A stretch of 64,000 bases of DNA from positions 768,001 through 832,000 of the forward strand of contig CBDCXV010000011.1 of NCBI GenBank assembly GCA_965223905.1, written 5' to 3'. Shown here piece by piece: positions 19,214-29,638 of the stretch (the stretch's first letter is position 1; each line of letters begins with the position of its first letter). Source of the stretch: Candidatus Latescibacterota bacterium. GTDB lineage: Bacteria; Latescibacterota; UBA2968; UBA8231. Under the pieces are notes generated by a model. The model did not search any database. It saw only the letters and a program-made list of their open reading frames with translations, and was not told the origin of the DNA. A program made the translations under genes and the position numbers.

Positions 19214-19278
19214 CATGCTCATGGTCGTTCCGTATGTAGTGTGCCAATATAGGCAAATGGTCCAGCTCACGCAACCGA

Positions 19279-19334
19279 CAGTCGCCATTCCGGAGGTAGA
19301 GATTTTCAGTCGCCATTCCGGAGGTAGAGATTTT
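19279..19334. repeat. 28-bp tandem duplication
   Basis: CAGTCGCCATTCCGGAGGTAGAGATTTT x2. Confidence 0.95.
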
Positions 19335-20093
19335 TCGCCGCTTGCATGACACGGGCGTGCGTCACCAGATCCCGACACTCCCGTGCAGGCCGGAGTGGGG
19401 CGGACAGGTCACTCCCTCCTCTCTGGGAGCCGGTGAGAATTTCCAGGCAAGCCGTCTTTCGGGGGCATCCCGGTGAATCTCCGCGTGCTCCCCTTCTCCC
19501 TATCCACGAGCCCCAGGCGATGCTCGTCTATCCTATCCGGTGTGGGAACTGAACCGATCGATCGGCATCAAGCCGGCACCGGCAACCTGCTGGACCTGGG
19601 GCTGGCTGGCTGAGGGAATCATTGCCAGCACGTTCAGCGAGCGGTCGAAGCCGCTCACCTGCGGCATCGGTCTCCCCCTGTGGGGAAAATCCCTCGACGA
19701 CTGAAAGCCTGGCCGAAATTTCCTAGTCTCGCCCTTGGCTACCACCCCATCCCCGTTCCGGGGTGCCACGCCGTTCAACTTCATCCCTTTCTGCAAAGGA
19801 TCCGCACTCCCACTCACCTTCAATCGTCAGGATTGCCGTGCCCTACCCACTGTTTCCTGGTCGGACGAAGATTTTGCAGTCTCGACCAGGGTCAAGCCCT
19901 CAGATTCAGCGGCAGATTCCGATTGCCGCGACACGCTTGAAGTGTATCTTGACTCCATCGTAAAAACCATAGTGAGGAAACGCTACGGCATTTGGCACTG
20001 GAAATACCCGCACTGTAGCGGAGTATTCCGACAGCATTCTCTTCCTGACAGGTGCAAGTTCAAAACAACAATTCTTGACTTCGAACCGGAAAC

Positions 20094-21137
20094 ATGGCTG
20101 GAATTGCCCAACCGACGGAGGCACCGAGCCTCGTGAACCGCTCCAGCGCGGAACTTGGGGTGGAAACTGCAGCCGCGAGAAACCGGACGGCTTTCAGGGA
20201 TATCACGCACTACACCCGTCTTCTGTTCTCTGGCGCGGATCACCTCGGCATCCTGCACCGCCTGACAACCAACCATTTTCTCGACCTTCCACCGGGCGAT
20301 GGACTCGAGGCGGTGTTCCCCGACAATCGGGGCCGTATCGTTTCCTGGGGAAGCTTCACCCGCCTCGATGGTAACAACACCCTCCTTGTGATTCCCTCCT
20401 CCAACGGGGGGCGGCTGGTCGAGTGGCTCGACCGCTACATTTTCAACGAGGAAATCTCGATTCGAGACCTGACTCCCGAGACGACCGCGATGGACGTAAT
20501 CGGGCCCGAGTCACTCCCCATCCTTTCCGAAGTTGCCCCGGTAATGAAAGGTGGCGGTACGATCCCACCCCATCGCCTGATCTCATCCGAAGGCCAGAAG
20601 CCGAGGTTCCTCGGGCTGCACTATGGCCGCCTTCCAGGTGTCCGGGTGATCGGAGATTTTGCTGACCTCAGGACCTTGGGTTCGCGAATGCATGGCGCGG
20701 GAGCCGTTCAACTGAGTGATGGCGGTTTTGAAACCATCCGGGTCGAAGAAGGTTGCCCGGCACTGGAGCGGGAGTTGACGGAGGATCACAACCCCTGGGA
20801 AGCCGGACTGGATCGAGCAATCCACCTCGACAAGGGGTGTTATCTGGGCCAGGAAGTCATCGCCAGGCTCGACACGTACGACAAAGTGAAACAGCGGCTG
20901 GTCGGACTGCGGATGCCAGCTGCCGGTCGAATCGACGGATCCTCCAGGCTGGTCTCGAGCGATGGACGCATGGCGGGCAAAATCACTTCCTCGGCCCTTT
21001 CCCCCACCCTGGGTTCACGGGTTGCCCTCGCCTACGTTCGCCACCAGTTCTGCGCTCCCGGTACCGAACTGGCCTTTGAGGAAGTGGAGGGCACCCCTTC
21101 TCCTGTAACCGTCAGCGAATTGCCGTTCCCGGTTTAG
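20094..21137 (+). CDS. ygfZ: YgfZ/GcvT-family folate-binding protein
   Basis: KGCYLGQEVIAR motif. Confidence 0.9.
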   Translation: MAGIAQPTEAPSLVNRSSAELGVETAAARNRTAFRDITHYTRLLFSGADHLGILHRLTTNHFLDLPPGDGLEAVFPDNRGRIVSWGSFTRLDGNNTLLVIPSSNGGRLVEWLDRYIFNEEISIRDLTPETTAMDVIGPESLPILSEVAPVMKGGGTIPPHRLISSEGQKPRFLGLHYGRLPGVRVIGDFADLRTLGSRMHGAGAVQLSDGGFETIRVEEGCPALERELTEDHNPWEAGLDRAIHLDKGCYLGQEVIARLDTYDKVKQRLVGLRMPAAGRIDGSSRLVSSDGRMAGKITSSALSPTLGSRVALAYVRHQFCAPGTELAFEEVEGTPSPVTVSELPFPV

Positions 21138-21167
21138 CCGCTTTCGGTTGTCAGCGGCCTTGGTGGG

Positions 21168-22280
21168 ATGAACCCTTCGCTCCCGACTACCGGACACCGC
21201 AAGGTAATCCATGTCGACATGGATGCGTTCTACGCCTCGGTCGAGCAGCGGGACGACCCTTCTCTCGCCGGAAAGCCAGTGGTTGTCGGTGGCGACCCAA
21301 GTGGCCGCGGGGTGGTTGCAGCGGCCTCCTACGAGGCTCGCGTATTCGGGATTCGTTCCGCCATGCCGATGAAGAGGGCCCTGGCGCGCTGCCCTCACGC
21401 TATTCGCGTATCCGGCGATTTCGGAAAATACCGTAAAATTTCGGAAACTCTTCACAAGATCTTCAGCGAATACACGGATCTCATCGAACCGGTCGCTCTC
21501 GACGAAGCCTATCTCGACGTCACCAACAACAAGCTCGATGTACCCCTTGGGCACCGGGTCGCGAAGATGCTCAAATCCGATATCCGGCGACGGCTCCGAC
21601 TCACTGCCTCGGCCGGACTGGCGCCCAATAAATTCCTTGCCAAGGTGGCCTCCGACCTGCGCAAACCGGACGGACTTGTCGTCGTCATGCCGGGGCAGGT
21701 GGCTGATTTTCTCAAAGATCTTCCGGTTGGCAAAATCCCCGGAGTCGGAAGAGTCACGGAAAAGGAATTCATGGAGATGGGGGTCGGAACGATCGGTCAG
21801 CTCGCGCAACTAGGGCTGGAGAAACTAACTGATAAGTTTGGCAAACGGGGCCTTTACCTCCACCACCGTTCCCTGGGTCGAGACGATGACCCGGTCAGAC
21901 CCAGGCGGGATCCAAAGCAGCTCAGCAGCGAAACGACCTTTGCCGAGGATGTTTTCAGTGCCGACGAAATGCGAGCGACCCTGCAACGCCTGAGCGAGGG
22001 TGTGGGCGCCCGCCTCCAGCGCCGGGGACTGCGGGGTCGCATTATCACCGTGAAGATTCGCTACCCGGATTTCGAAACCGTTACCCGGTCAAGGACACAT
22101 GCAACAGGGCTGTTTGACGGCAAGGTGATTGCGGATCTCGCCGTTCAGTTGTTACAGCGTTCTCAAGCCCCCCAGCGGGGTGTCCGGCTACTTGGCGTCG
22201 GTGTCTCCGGTTTCACCATCCACAAACCGGCAAGCTCACAGCTGGACCTGTTCGGGAGCCCGGCTCGGGAATCACACTGA
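21168..22280 (+). CDS. dinB: DNA polymerase IV
   Basis: HVDMDAFYASVEQ, SYEAR, LDEAYLD, C-terminal QLDLF clamp motif. Confidence 0.97.
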   Translation: MNPSLPTTGHRKVIHVDMDAFYASVEQRDDPSLAGKPVVVGGDPSGRGVVAAASYEARVFGIRSAMPMKRALARCPHAIRVSGDFGKYRKISETLHKIFSEYTDLIEPVALDEAYLDVTNNKLDVPLGHRVAKMLKSDIRRRLRLTASAGLAPNKFLAKVASDLRKPDGLVVVMPGQVADFLKDLPVGKIPGVGRVTEKEFMEMGVGTIGQLAQLGLEKLTDKFGKRGLYLHHRSLGRDDDPVRPRRDPKQLSSETTFAEDVFSADEMRATLQRLSEGVGARLQRRGLRGRIITVKIRYPDFETVTRSRTHATGLFDGKVIADLAVQLLQRSQAPQRGVRLLGVGVSGFTIHKPASSQLDLFGSPARESH

Positions 22281-22609
22281 AATAGCGAAACGCACTTGCA
22301 GATGTGGCCCGGGGGCCATCGGGTAGATACGCAAGCCCATTTGCCCACGCCGAAAACCGGTGTATTGGGCGGTCTGCCGCAGACCTAATAAAGGGACCCC
22401 TAACTCTACCATGTCCGGGCGGTTATCCCGGACAGAACCGGGATGGACGCGACACCCCCCGGGGGTTGTCCAGTGGTTAGGCCTGCTTCCCAGGGGGGTC
22501 GAGTACTCCTTATTCTGCCAGCCAGAAAGGAATTGCGGGGGTCATCGCTTGCCCCCGAGGGTTGATTCATCCAGCCAGTGTTCCACCTCGCGCCCAGGGA
22601 GTGACGCTC

Positions 22610-24290
22610 GGGCGGATGGGTGTAAAGGGGGCCATAAAGTACGAGCGCAGAAAGCCTCGTGTGGGTACATTCGCCCCCCCCCCCACTGCCCGGATGAAAC
22701 CGCGAGCCGGACGATGGCACGAGTATCGATTACGCCGAGCCCCGAACCGGGGACGATGGAGGGCCTGCAGGCCCTGTGGGATGAGCCTGCGCCGCGCACG
22801 CCGTTGCAGTTCCTGCAGCTGGAGAGACGCGTGTGCGCGGCCGCGGGTCGGCAGGCCGACGAGATCCTGGGACACCACCTGATCGGGGCGCACCAGGACG
22901 CGGCGTTTGTCGAGCAAGCGGTGGAGGCGGCGCGGCAGCGCCATGACGGGGTGCTGCGCCACAAAGGTCAGCGCACCACGTCGGTATGGGTGCCGGGCGG
23001 CGCGCTGTGCGTCGTGGAGACCCCCTACCTGCGACCGCAGACGCCTCGCCGGCCGGGTCGCAAGCGCACGCGGCGGGGTCCCACGGGCAGCGGGCGTCTA
23101 TCCGGTGCTGGAGGCGTTGGGGATCGCCCACCGGGTGTCTCCGGCCACGCGGAGCCAGATGGCCTTGTACACGGTGCAGGCGGGCAGCTACCAGGAGGCG
23201 GTGCAGTTGCTGGCGGAGCACGGTGTGCCCGTGGATACCGCGACGCTGAAGCGGGTGGCGCAGAGCACGGCTCGCGCCGACATCGGGCTGCGGGACGGGG
23301 CCCTGGCGCAGGCGCGGCGCACCCCGGTGGCCCCCAACGGTCCGCTGGCCGGCCTGCGGGTGCGCGTCAGCATCGACGGAGGGCGGGTGCGCACCCGGTC
23401 GCCGCGTCCGGGTCGCCGGACGAAGAAGGGACGCCACCGCTTCGACACGCCCTGGCGGGAGCCGCGCGTGCTGTTGATCGACGTGCTCGACCGCAACGGC
23501 CAGGCCGACCCGCTGCGGCGGCCTCTGTACGACACCCTGCTGGAGGATGCCGAGGCGACCAGGGCGCTGATCATCGGCTATCTGCGCCTGCTGGGCGCCG
23601 CCCACGCCCAGAGGGGGGTGTTCATCGCCGACGGCGCGGAGTGGATCTGGGAGCGCAGCGACCAGATCCGTCAGGAAGCCGAGATCCCCACCCGGCGCTG
23701 GGTCGAGGGGGTCGACTTCTACCACGCCAGCGAGCATCTGCACGACGCCATCGAGTTGGGTCGGGATCGCAAAGCGCCGGAGCGCCAGCAAAGGTACGAG
23801 AGGCTGCGTCATGTGCTGCGTCGCGAAGCCGACGGCGTCCATCAGGTCATCGAAGCTCTGAGACCCGAAGCGCGCGGCCGGCGGGGTCGCAAGATGAACA
23901 CGGCCATCGACTACTTCGAACGACACACGCATCGCATGGCCTACGCCAAGCTGACTCGTCGCAAGGTGCCGGTGGGATCCGAGCCCGTGGAGAGCGCCAT
24001 CCGCCGGGTCATCAACCTGCGCTTCAAAGCCCCCAGCACGTTCTGGACAACCGAAACCGTCGCCGACCTGATGCATTTGCGCGCCGCCTTCAAGTGCGGG
24101 CGCTGGCACGAACTGAGGCACCGGGGCCTCACGCAGACCTTTCCCGTGCCCTCCTTCGCTCGGTTGCCCCGAGACCAGCTCGACACCGTGTCCCCACAAA
24201 GAGCCAAAGAGGACCCGGAAAACCCACGGCAGGCAACCCTGCAGCCGGTTCGCAGACGGGCCTGAACGCCCCCGTTCCGCCATCGCGCCC
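22610..24290 (+). mobile_element. ISKra4/ISLre2-like element, transposase (~22714-24265) with one frameshift near 23095
   Basis: IRs GGGCGGATGG...GGGGGC / GGGCGCGATGG...GGGGGC; 9-bp TSD GTGACGCTC; motifs IDGG, ADGAEWIW, DFYHASEH, GSEPVES. Confidence 0.88.
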
Positions 24291-24308
24291 GTGACGCTCT
24301 CCCGACCT

Positions 24309-25580
24309 TCACGCAGCTTCTGTTGTTCCGTCCGCTATCGGAAAGGTCGAACTCCCGTGGGGAATGACCGCGACTGCCGGGTCGGGTCCCACCCTCTCCA
24401 GCCCGGCTTGCAGGGCTGTGTCGAGACTTTCGAAGCCCACAATTCCGCAGGCATCCTGCAGCCTGGGCCCCATCGCCGACACGAGGTAGACATCCGCTCG
24501 CACCAGGACCGCCGCGATGGCCGCGGCCTTGTGCCCTCCCAGAATGAACTTGCGGGCGATGCGCTCCAGCACCTGCTCAGGCTTATTCGCCTGTCGCATC
24601 CACTCTTCGAAGGTGGAATTTCCGTAGCCCTCCAGGCACTCGGCCACCCAGATGACGACACCCCGGTCCCTGACGACTGCACCGGCGTTTTCGAGCGCCT
24701 TTTGGGCCTGGTAGAGATTCAGGTCAGACGGCAGGCCGCCTGCACTCACGACCACGATGTCGGCCTTGCCGTCAATCGCCACGGCGTCTCGCCGGGCCAA
24801 TATGCGGCATCCGCGGCGATGGGCATGGGTTGCCTCACCAGCTACCGCGGCAACCAGCCGGTGGTCGCTGTCGACGATGGCATTTAGGATGAAATCGAGG
24901 CCGACCATCGCCGCCCCTTCCTCGAGGTCGGCTCGGACCGGGTTGTTTTCGAGAACACCCGCCCGGGCTCCCGGCTCGACCATCAGACCGTGGTTGGCAC
25001 TTACGGTCTCTTCGCCGGCGCACCCGGGGAGAATCGATTTCGCTCCCCCTGAATACCCGGCAAAATAGTGGAACTCGATATTACCCAAACCGACCCGGAC
25101 GTCGGCGTCCACGACAGGTCGAAACAGGTCCACCGGTGTGCCGGCCCTGGTCCATCCGACACGAACCACATTGGCCGGGTCGTGGTTGACGACTTTTACC
25201 GAATCATACACATCGGGTCCCACGAGTTCGCGCAGTTCCTGGCTCGACAGCGGCCGATGCAGGCCCAAGGCCACCACGACCGTAATGTCCACTGTGGAGA
25301 TACCACCCGCCTGAAGTTCGCCGAGAATCGGTGGCAGCAACCGACGGGATGGACAGGGCCTCGTGTTGTCGCTCGTTATCACAGCCGCTGTCTGCCCAGG
25401 GGTAACCACCTCCCGCAGGGGGGGACTTCCAATCGGTTCCCGCAGCGCACGGCTTACAATCGCTTCTCCGTCGGCATCGGACGCAACGGCCGATGGCATC
25501 AGCAAGTCGACCGTTGCCGCTTCAGGCAGAGAAAGCTCCAAGACCCGCTGTCCAAAGGGGAGGTCGAAGATTCGGCTCAT
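24309..25580 (-). CDS. LarA-family nickel-pincer racemase/epimerase
   Basis: SDNTRP, ALGLHR, HYFAGYSGGAKS, NLYQAQKA, GGHKA; start MSRIFDL. Confidence 0.9.
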   Translation of the reverse strand: MSRIFDLPFGQRVLELSLPEAATVDLLMPSAVASDADGEAIVSRALREPIGSPPLREVVTPGQTAAVITSDNTRPCPSRRLLPPILGELQAGGISTVDITVVVALGLHRPLSSQELRELVGPDVYDSVKVVNHDPANVVRVGWTRAGTPVDLFRPVVDADVRVGLGNIEFHYFAGYSGGAKSILPGCAGEETVSANHGLMVEPGARAGVLENNPVRADLEEGAAMVGLDFILNAIVDSDHRLVAAVAGEATHAHRRGCRILARRDAVAIDGKADIVVVSAGGLPSDLNLYQAQKALENAGAVVRDRGVVIWVAECLEGYGNSTFEEWMRQANKPEQVLERIARKFILGGHKAAAIAAVLVRADVYLVSAMGPRLQDACGIVGFESLDTALQAGLERVGPDPAVAVIPHGSSTFPIADGTTEAA

Positions 25581-26110
25581 CCCTCGCCCTCCGGGTGCAG
25601 GTTCTTCTGGTAGAGGCCGACGCTGTAGAACTCGTACGAGGCGGCCTTGTCGGGAAAGTCGACGACGTGGACGGTGAAGCGTGCTGGCAGGCCGCACTCC
25701 GGCATCTGCTCGTGGAAAAAGCTGCTGTACGCCTGGGCGTATTCATTGTAAAGGCGCTGCTGTTCGTCGGCGAACCCCTGCGGATCCAGCACCGGATTAG
25801 GCGCCTTCGGCTGCGCGGCGAAAGCGTGCACCTCGATGAAATCAATCTTGGAAATTGAACCGCATATCCCGGCATCACGAAGCCATTTCTCCCAGCACCT
25901 GAACACCAGTTCCACCTCCACGGCCGGATTCATGGTATGGACCTCGTCGAGTCCCAGAATCCCCGTCGCGGAGTGACCACCGGTCAGGCCCGCAAAATGA
26001 ATTCTGAGATCGCCATTCCCCAGATCTTCGGTGACCAGAGCCGATAGAACCGGTTTTTCTCCACTATAGAAATAGGTAAGCTTGCCGCGCCGTTTTACTC
26101 GAAATGCCAT
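25577..26110 (-). CDS. Hypothetical protein (177 aa) coupled between lhgO and larA
   Basis: MAFRVKRRGKLTYF...; starts 6 bp after the lhgO stop and overlaps larA by ATGA. Confidence 0.75.
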   Translation of the reverse strand: MAFRVKRRGKLTYFYSGEKPVLSALVTEDLGNGDLRIHFAGLTGGHSATGILGLDEVHTMNPAVEVELVFRCWEKWLRDAGICGSISKIDFIEVHAFAAQPKAPNPVLDPQGFADEQQRLYNEYAQAYSSFFHEQMPECGLPARFTVHVVDFPDKAASYEFYSVGLYQKNLHPEGEG

Positions 26111-26115
26111 CGGGT

Positions 26116-27324
26116 TCAGACCTCCATCCCGTCGATCACGCGATCGGCGATCGCCAGCGAACTGGTCGCTGCCGGAGAGGGTGCGTTGAGAATGTGCACG
26201 AAAGGACCCTCGCTGAGGATCTCGAAGTCTTTTGCGAGATCCCCGTTGGGGAACACCGCCTGTGCCCGGATTCCCGCGGGAGCGGGCACCAGCATTTCCG
26301 CCGCGACGGCGGGGATGAACTCCTGCAGTTCGCGGACGAACGCCGCCTTGCTCAGCGAACGGTACATCTCGGCCATTCCGACCTTGCGCCAGTGCCAGGC
26401 CATTCTCAAAAACCCCCGGTAGGTCACGGTTTCGAAGAAATCGCGAACATCGAAGTCCCAGAACTCGTACCCCTCGCGCGCAAAGGCGAGCACGGCATTC
26501 GGCCCGCACTCGCGACCTCCCCCTACCATGCGGGTGAAATGGACACCGAGAAAAGGCAGGTTGGGGTCGGGGACTGGGTAAATGAGATGGTTGCACAGAT
26601 GATGGGCTTCCGGTTTCAAGGCGTAATACTCACCCCTGAAGGGCAGGATCTTGGCTGGGGGAAGGCCTCCGGCTTTCTTGCAGAGGCGATCGCTGTGCAA
26701 ACCCGCGGCATTGACGACGAGGTCGCCGCGAAAATCCCCTGCATCCGTCGACACGATCTGCTGCTCCCCGTCACGATGGAAACCGGTCACCCTGGTAGCG
26801 AGGCGAACTTCCCCATCGGCTGCGGCTACCAACTCCGCCAGCCGATTGGCCACCCCCCGAAAATCAATGATGCCCGTGTCGTGAACGAGGATCGCCTGCG
26901 TACCCCGTACGTGAGGCTCGCGGTCCAGCAGGGCCTCACGTCCTATCAGCTCGCAGTTAACTCCGTTTTGTCGCGCGGTCAGAAACAGTCTTCGCAGCCT
27001 CTCCTCTTCGGACACTTCCTTGGCCACGATGACCTTGCCGCAGATTTCGTAGGGAATCCCCTGTTCGCGGGCAAACTCGGTCATCGACCGCAATCCCGCG
27101 CGGCAGAGGAGGGCCTTGGAGGAGTTCGGTTTGTAATAGGGAGCCGCGTGAAGCACCCCGCTGTTGCGCCCGGTCTGATGAAAGGCGAGCTCTTTCTCCT
27201 TCTCCAGAACGGTAACCCGAATGCCAGGAAAACGAACCAGCATCCGGTAAGCAATGGCGAGACCGACAATCCCCCCGCCAACGATGAGAATGTGGCAATT
27301 TATGGAAAGGGAAACCTTGTTCAA
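26116..27324 (-). CDS. lhgO: L-2-hydroxyglutarate oxidase
   Basis: GGGIVGLA, HQTGRNSGVLH, PFLGVHFTR, GIRAQA, NAPSPAATSSLAI. Confidence 0.9.
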   Translation of the reverse strand: MNKVSLSINCHILIVGGGIVGLAIAYRMLVRFPGIRVTVLEKEKELAFHQTGRNSGVLHAAPYYKPNSSKALLCRAGLRSMTEFAREQGIPYEICGKVIVAKEVSEEERLRRLFLTARQNGVNCELIGREALLDREPHVRGTQAILVHDTGIIDFRGVANRLAELVAAADGEVRLATRVTGFHRDGEQQIVSTDAGDFRGDLVVNAAGLHSDRLCKKAGGLPPAKILPFRGEYYALKPEAHHLCNHLIYPVPDPNLPFLGVHFTRMVGGGRECGPNAVLAFAREGYEFWDFDVRDFFETVTYRGFLRMAWHWRKVGMAEMYRSLSKAAFVRELQEFIPAVAAEMLVPAPAGIRAQAVFPNGDLAKDFEILSEGPFVHILNAPSPAATSSLAIADRVIDGMEV

Positions 27325-27682
27325 CCAGACCTTGGTTCAGTAATATGATAAACCGGATCGCTAGCGGATGAGTTGCGAGCCCTTCTAGCGACGAGGTGAG
27401 GAGATGGTCCTCTGGTTGGTTTCAAAAACCGGACCGTTGAAAAAACGCGTGTAGGATCATTAAAATCAGATAATTGCGCAACTCCCGGACGGCGACCCTT
27501 CGGTGCACGCCACTTGCCTTCTTGCCAATGGGAGCCGCCCGCCAGTCGAGTGCTAACTGAAAGAGGCAGAATGGCTTACGACAATTTGATCAACCTCCCC
27601 GAATTGGTTTTCGGGGCGAATCTGGTGTGAAAAAGGGACCTTGCGTGCAAAATGCTGAAAAAACCAAAAAGTATGCAAGAAT

Positions 27683-27728
27683 GCGCAAGATATGGTTGAC
27701 ATATTTTCAGGCACACTATATATTGTGA
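27683..27728 (+). promoter_or_regulatory. Sigma70 promoter overlapped by two NrdR-like boxes
   Basis: TTGACA (27696)-N17-TATATT; boxes GCGCAAGATATGGTTG and ACACTATATATTGTGA. Confidence 0.65.
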
Positions 27729-27756
27729 TCCGCCACGTGGTAGTGCGCGCAACAGA

Positions 27757-27804
27757 GGGGGCTTCCGGGAGTAAGGGGAGATCGCGGAAGTCCCCCATTT
27801 TTTT
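27757..27804 (+). terminator. Terminator-like hairpin upstream of zapA
   Basis: GGGGGCTTCC...GGAAGTCCCCC followed by ATTTTTTT. Confidence 0.6.
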
Positions 27805-27857
27805 GTAACACTCTCTGTCAATACCCTTCCGTGACCCCATTCCAGCCAAAAAACAGC

Positions 27858-28241
27858 ATGTCCAAAAAAGATGGTGTCCTAGTCCACATCTACGACTACC
27901 ACTTCCGCCTCGGAAGTGATTCCAGAGATCCCAAGTACATCGAGAAAGCCGCGGCCTATCTCGACGAAAAAATGCGCCGGGCTGCCGAGGAAGCGGGGAA
28001 AAGATCACCCTTTGAAATAGCGATTCTTGCCGCCATGGAGATCGCTGAAGAGGTGCTTGAGGAACGCGCCAAGACGGAGCGCATGCTCAACGAGGCGGAT
28101 GAACGCCTAAACACATTTACGGAGCGTCTGGAGAGCCAAAGCGGATCGACGGAAGAATCGGTTGGTCCGGAAGAATCCAGGCCCGAATCCGACCCGATCA
28201 TCCAAGACAATCCTTCAGGCGGATCAAGACCCCGTTTCTAA
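27858..28241 (+). CDS. zapA: Cell division protein ZapA (alternative GTG start at 27831)
   Basis: YIEKAAAYLDEKMR...IAILAAMEIAEE followed by a coiled coil. Confidence 0.85.
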   Translation: MSKKDGVLVHIYDYHFRLGSDSRDPKYIEKAAAYLDEKMRRAAEEAGKRSPFEIAILAAMEIAEEVLEERAKTERMLNEADERLNTFTERLESQSGSTEESVGPEESRPESDPIIQDNPSGGSRPRF

Positions 28242-28392
28242 TACTGGCTATTGGAGGATTCCTTCCGCCAATTTGGCGGGGTAGTACCTTCCGATTTCGT
28301 CTGTCTCCACCACCCATGACCATTGTTCCCCAGTTGCCGACTCCTGATCGGGAACTCGATCAGATACTCGTCATGTCCGTGGAACTCGAACT

Positions 28393-29210
28393 TTGATCAC
28401 AGCTGAACGGATCGACTCCTTCTCCATCGAGGGGTACCTCGTCATTCCTGATCTGCTGTCGCCTGCCGAAGTCGAGGACTGTTGCGCGGAGGTGGACAGA
28501 TTACATCAGGTCGCTTCGGAACTCAGGACGCTCGGGAATTTGGCGGGGAGCAGTTTTCAACCGGAACCTCATGCTCAGAGCGTTTTTCACGGCGACCGGG
28601 AAATCCCGGTGCTTCGAAAAATCGAAGACACGGGGACCCACTCGGACCTGTTCAAACAACTTGCCCGTCACCCAAGGGTGGTCAAAATCGCCCAGAGGTT
28701 GCTCAATTCCCCCGATCTCTTGCTATTCCGAAGTACGAAGTACCTTGATGCTCAAGCCTGCGTTTCACGGTTCTGCCCACGCACTGCATCAGGATTCTGC
28801 GTACTGGCCCCATCGATCCTCCTGCTCTCGTTACCGTGAGCATTGCCCTGACCGAGGCAACAGCGGATAACGGCTGCTTCAAGATCATCCCGCACAGTCA
28901 CGAATGGTGCCTTCAGGATTGGGGAAGAATCCTCCTCAGGCAGAACGAGTCTCTCACCGAGCGCGAAGATATCGACCTCGACACCCAGATCGACGTTCCT
29001 CTGGCTGCCGGTTCGGCGCTCTTCTTCCACAGTCTCCTGGTTCATGGTTCGGGACCGAACAGTTCCCCGAACGCCCGCAATACGGCACTTTACGCCTACT
29101 TTTCGCCCCATGTCCGCTATTGCCCCAAAACGGGACCAGCTGAGCGTTCCTTTCCTGTCGTCTCTGGCATTGGCGGATGCGAGGAGCACATCTTGGTTGC
29201 ATCGGTTTAA
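28393..29210 (+). pseudogene. PhyH-family 2OG-Fe(II) dioxygenase, frameshifted twice
   Basis: HQDSAYW, DNGCFKIIP and HGSGPN lie in different frames; 7-bp duplication at 28729-28742 and an extra C near 28808. Confidence 0.85.
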
Positions 29211-29501
29211 GGGGCCAAGGTGCTGGTAGCAGGCTGGTATTCGCGGACAAATCAAGCGCGAGCAAGGGATGCATCCGGGACGGATGTAACAATCCTGGGC
29301 TCAACTCCGGGATCGGCAACGTCGAATGCCTGTCAGGACTGCCTTTCAGGCAGGACGCCTTGCAGATGCTTGGGTTGGGACGAGCTGTAAGAAGCGGATT
29401 CTGTATGCCGGGAGCAACGGATTCGGTACAAGGCGTCGTCAGGTCCGGGCAACAGTACGAAGCTGTGTATCTTGGGGCATGGGCAAGGGCAACCTCGCCC
29501 T

Positions 29502-29544
29502 GTTTTGAAGGAGGGATCGCGGAACTCGATCCCTCCTTCAAAAC
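29502..29544. repeat. Perfect 18-bp inverted repeat
   Basis: GTTTTGAAGGAGGGATCG-N7-CGATCCCTCCTTCAAAAC. Confidence 0.9.
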
Positions 29545-29638
29545 TGAGAGGCAATCGGAAAGGGGTCGGTAACGGAACTCTCTTCTCTCAGGATCTACAG
29601 GGGGATATCGCCGCCTTCCGAGCTGGCGAAACCAAGCG

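Noticed and set aside
19228-19256. Sigma54 promoter or NrdR box upstream of greA
   Set aside because: TGGCAC lacks the TTGC -12 element; the box mismatches a core position and has no partner
19279-19334. CRISPR-like repeat
   Set aside because: Two adjacent units with no spacer and no cas genes
20040-21167. LexA box for dinB
   Set aside because: No recognisable SOS box of known types found
22360-24294. 644-aa ORF
   Set aside because: Chimeric: it crosses the IS end and only the ~22714-23095 part is transposase
27531-27557. CIRCE element (GAGTGCTAA)
   Set aside because: Only the right half is present; no TTAGCACTC arm and no chaperone gene
28242-28392. 6S RNA expected after zapA
   Set aside because: Only ~150 bp with one short hairpin; no long rod with a central bubble is evident
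29177-29572. 131-aa ORF after PhyH
   Set aside because: No motif or RBS, and it spans a palindrome; likely non-coding
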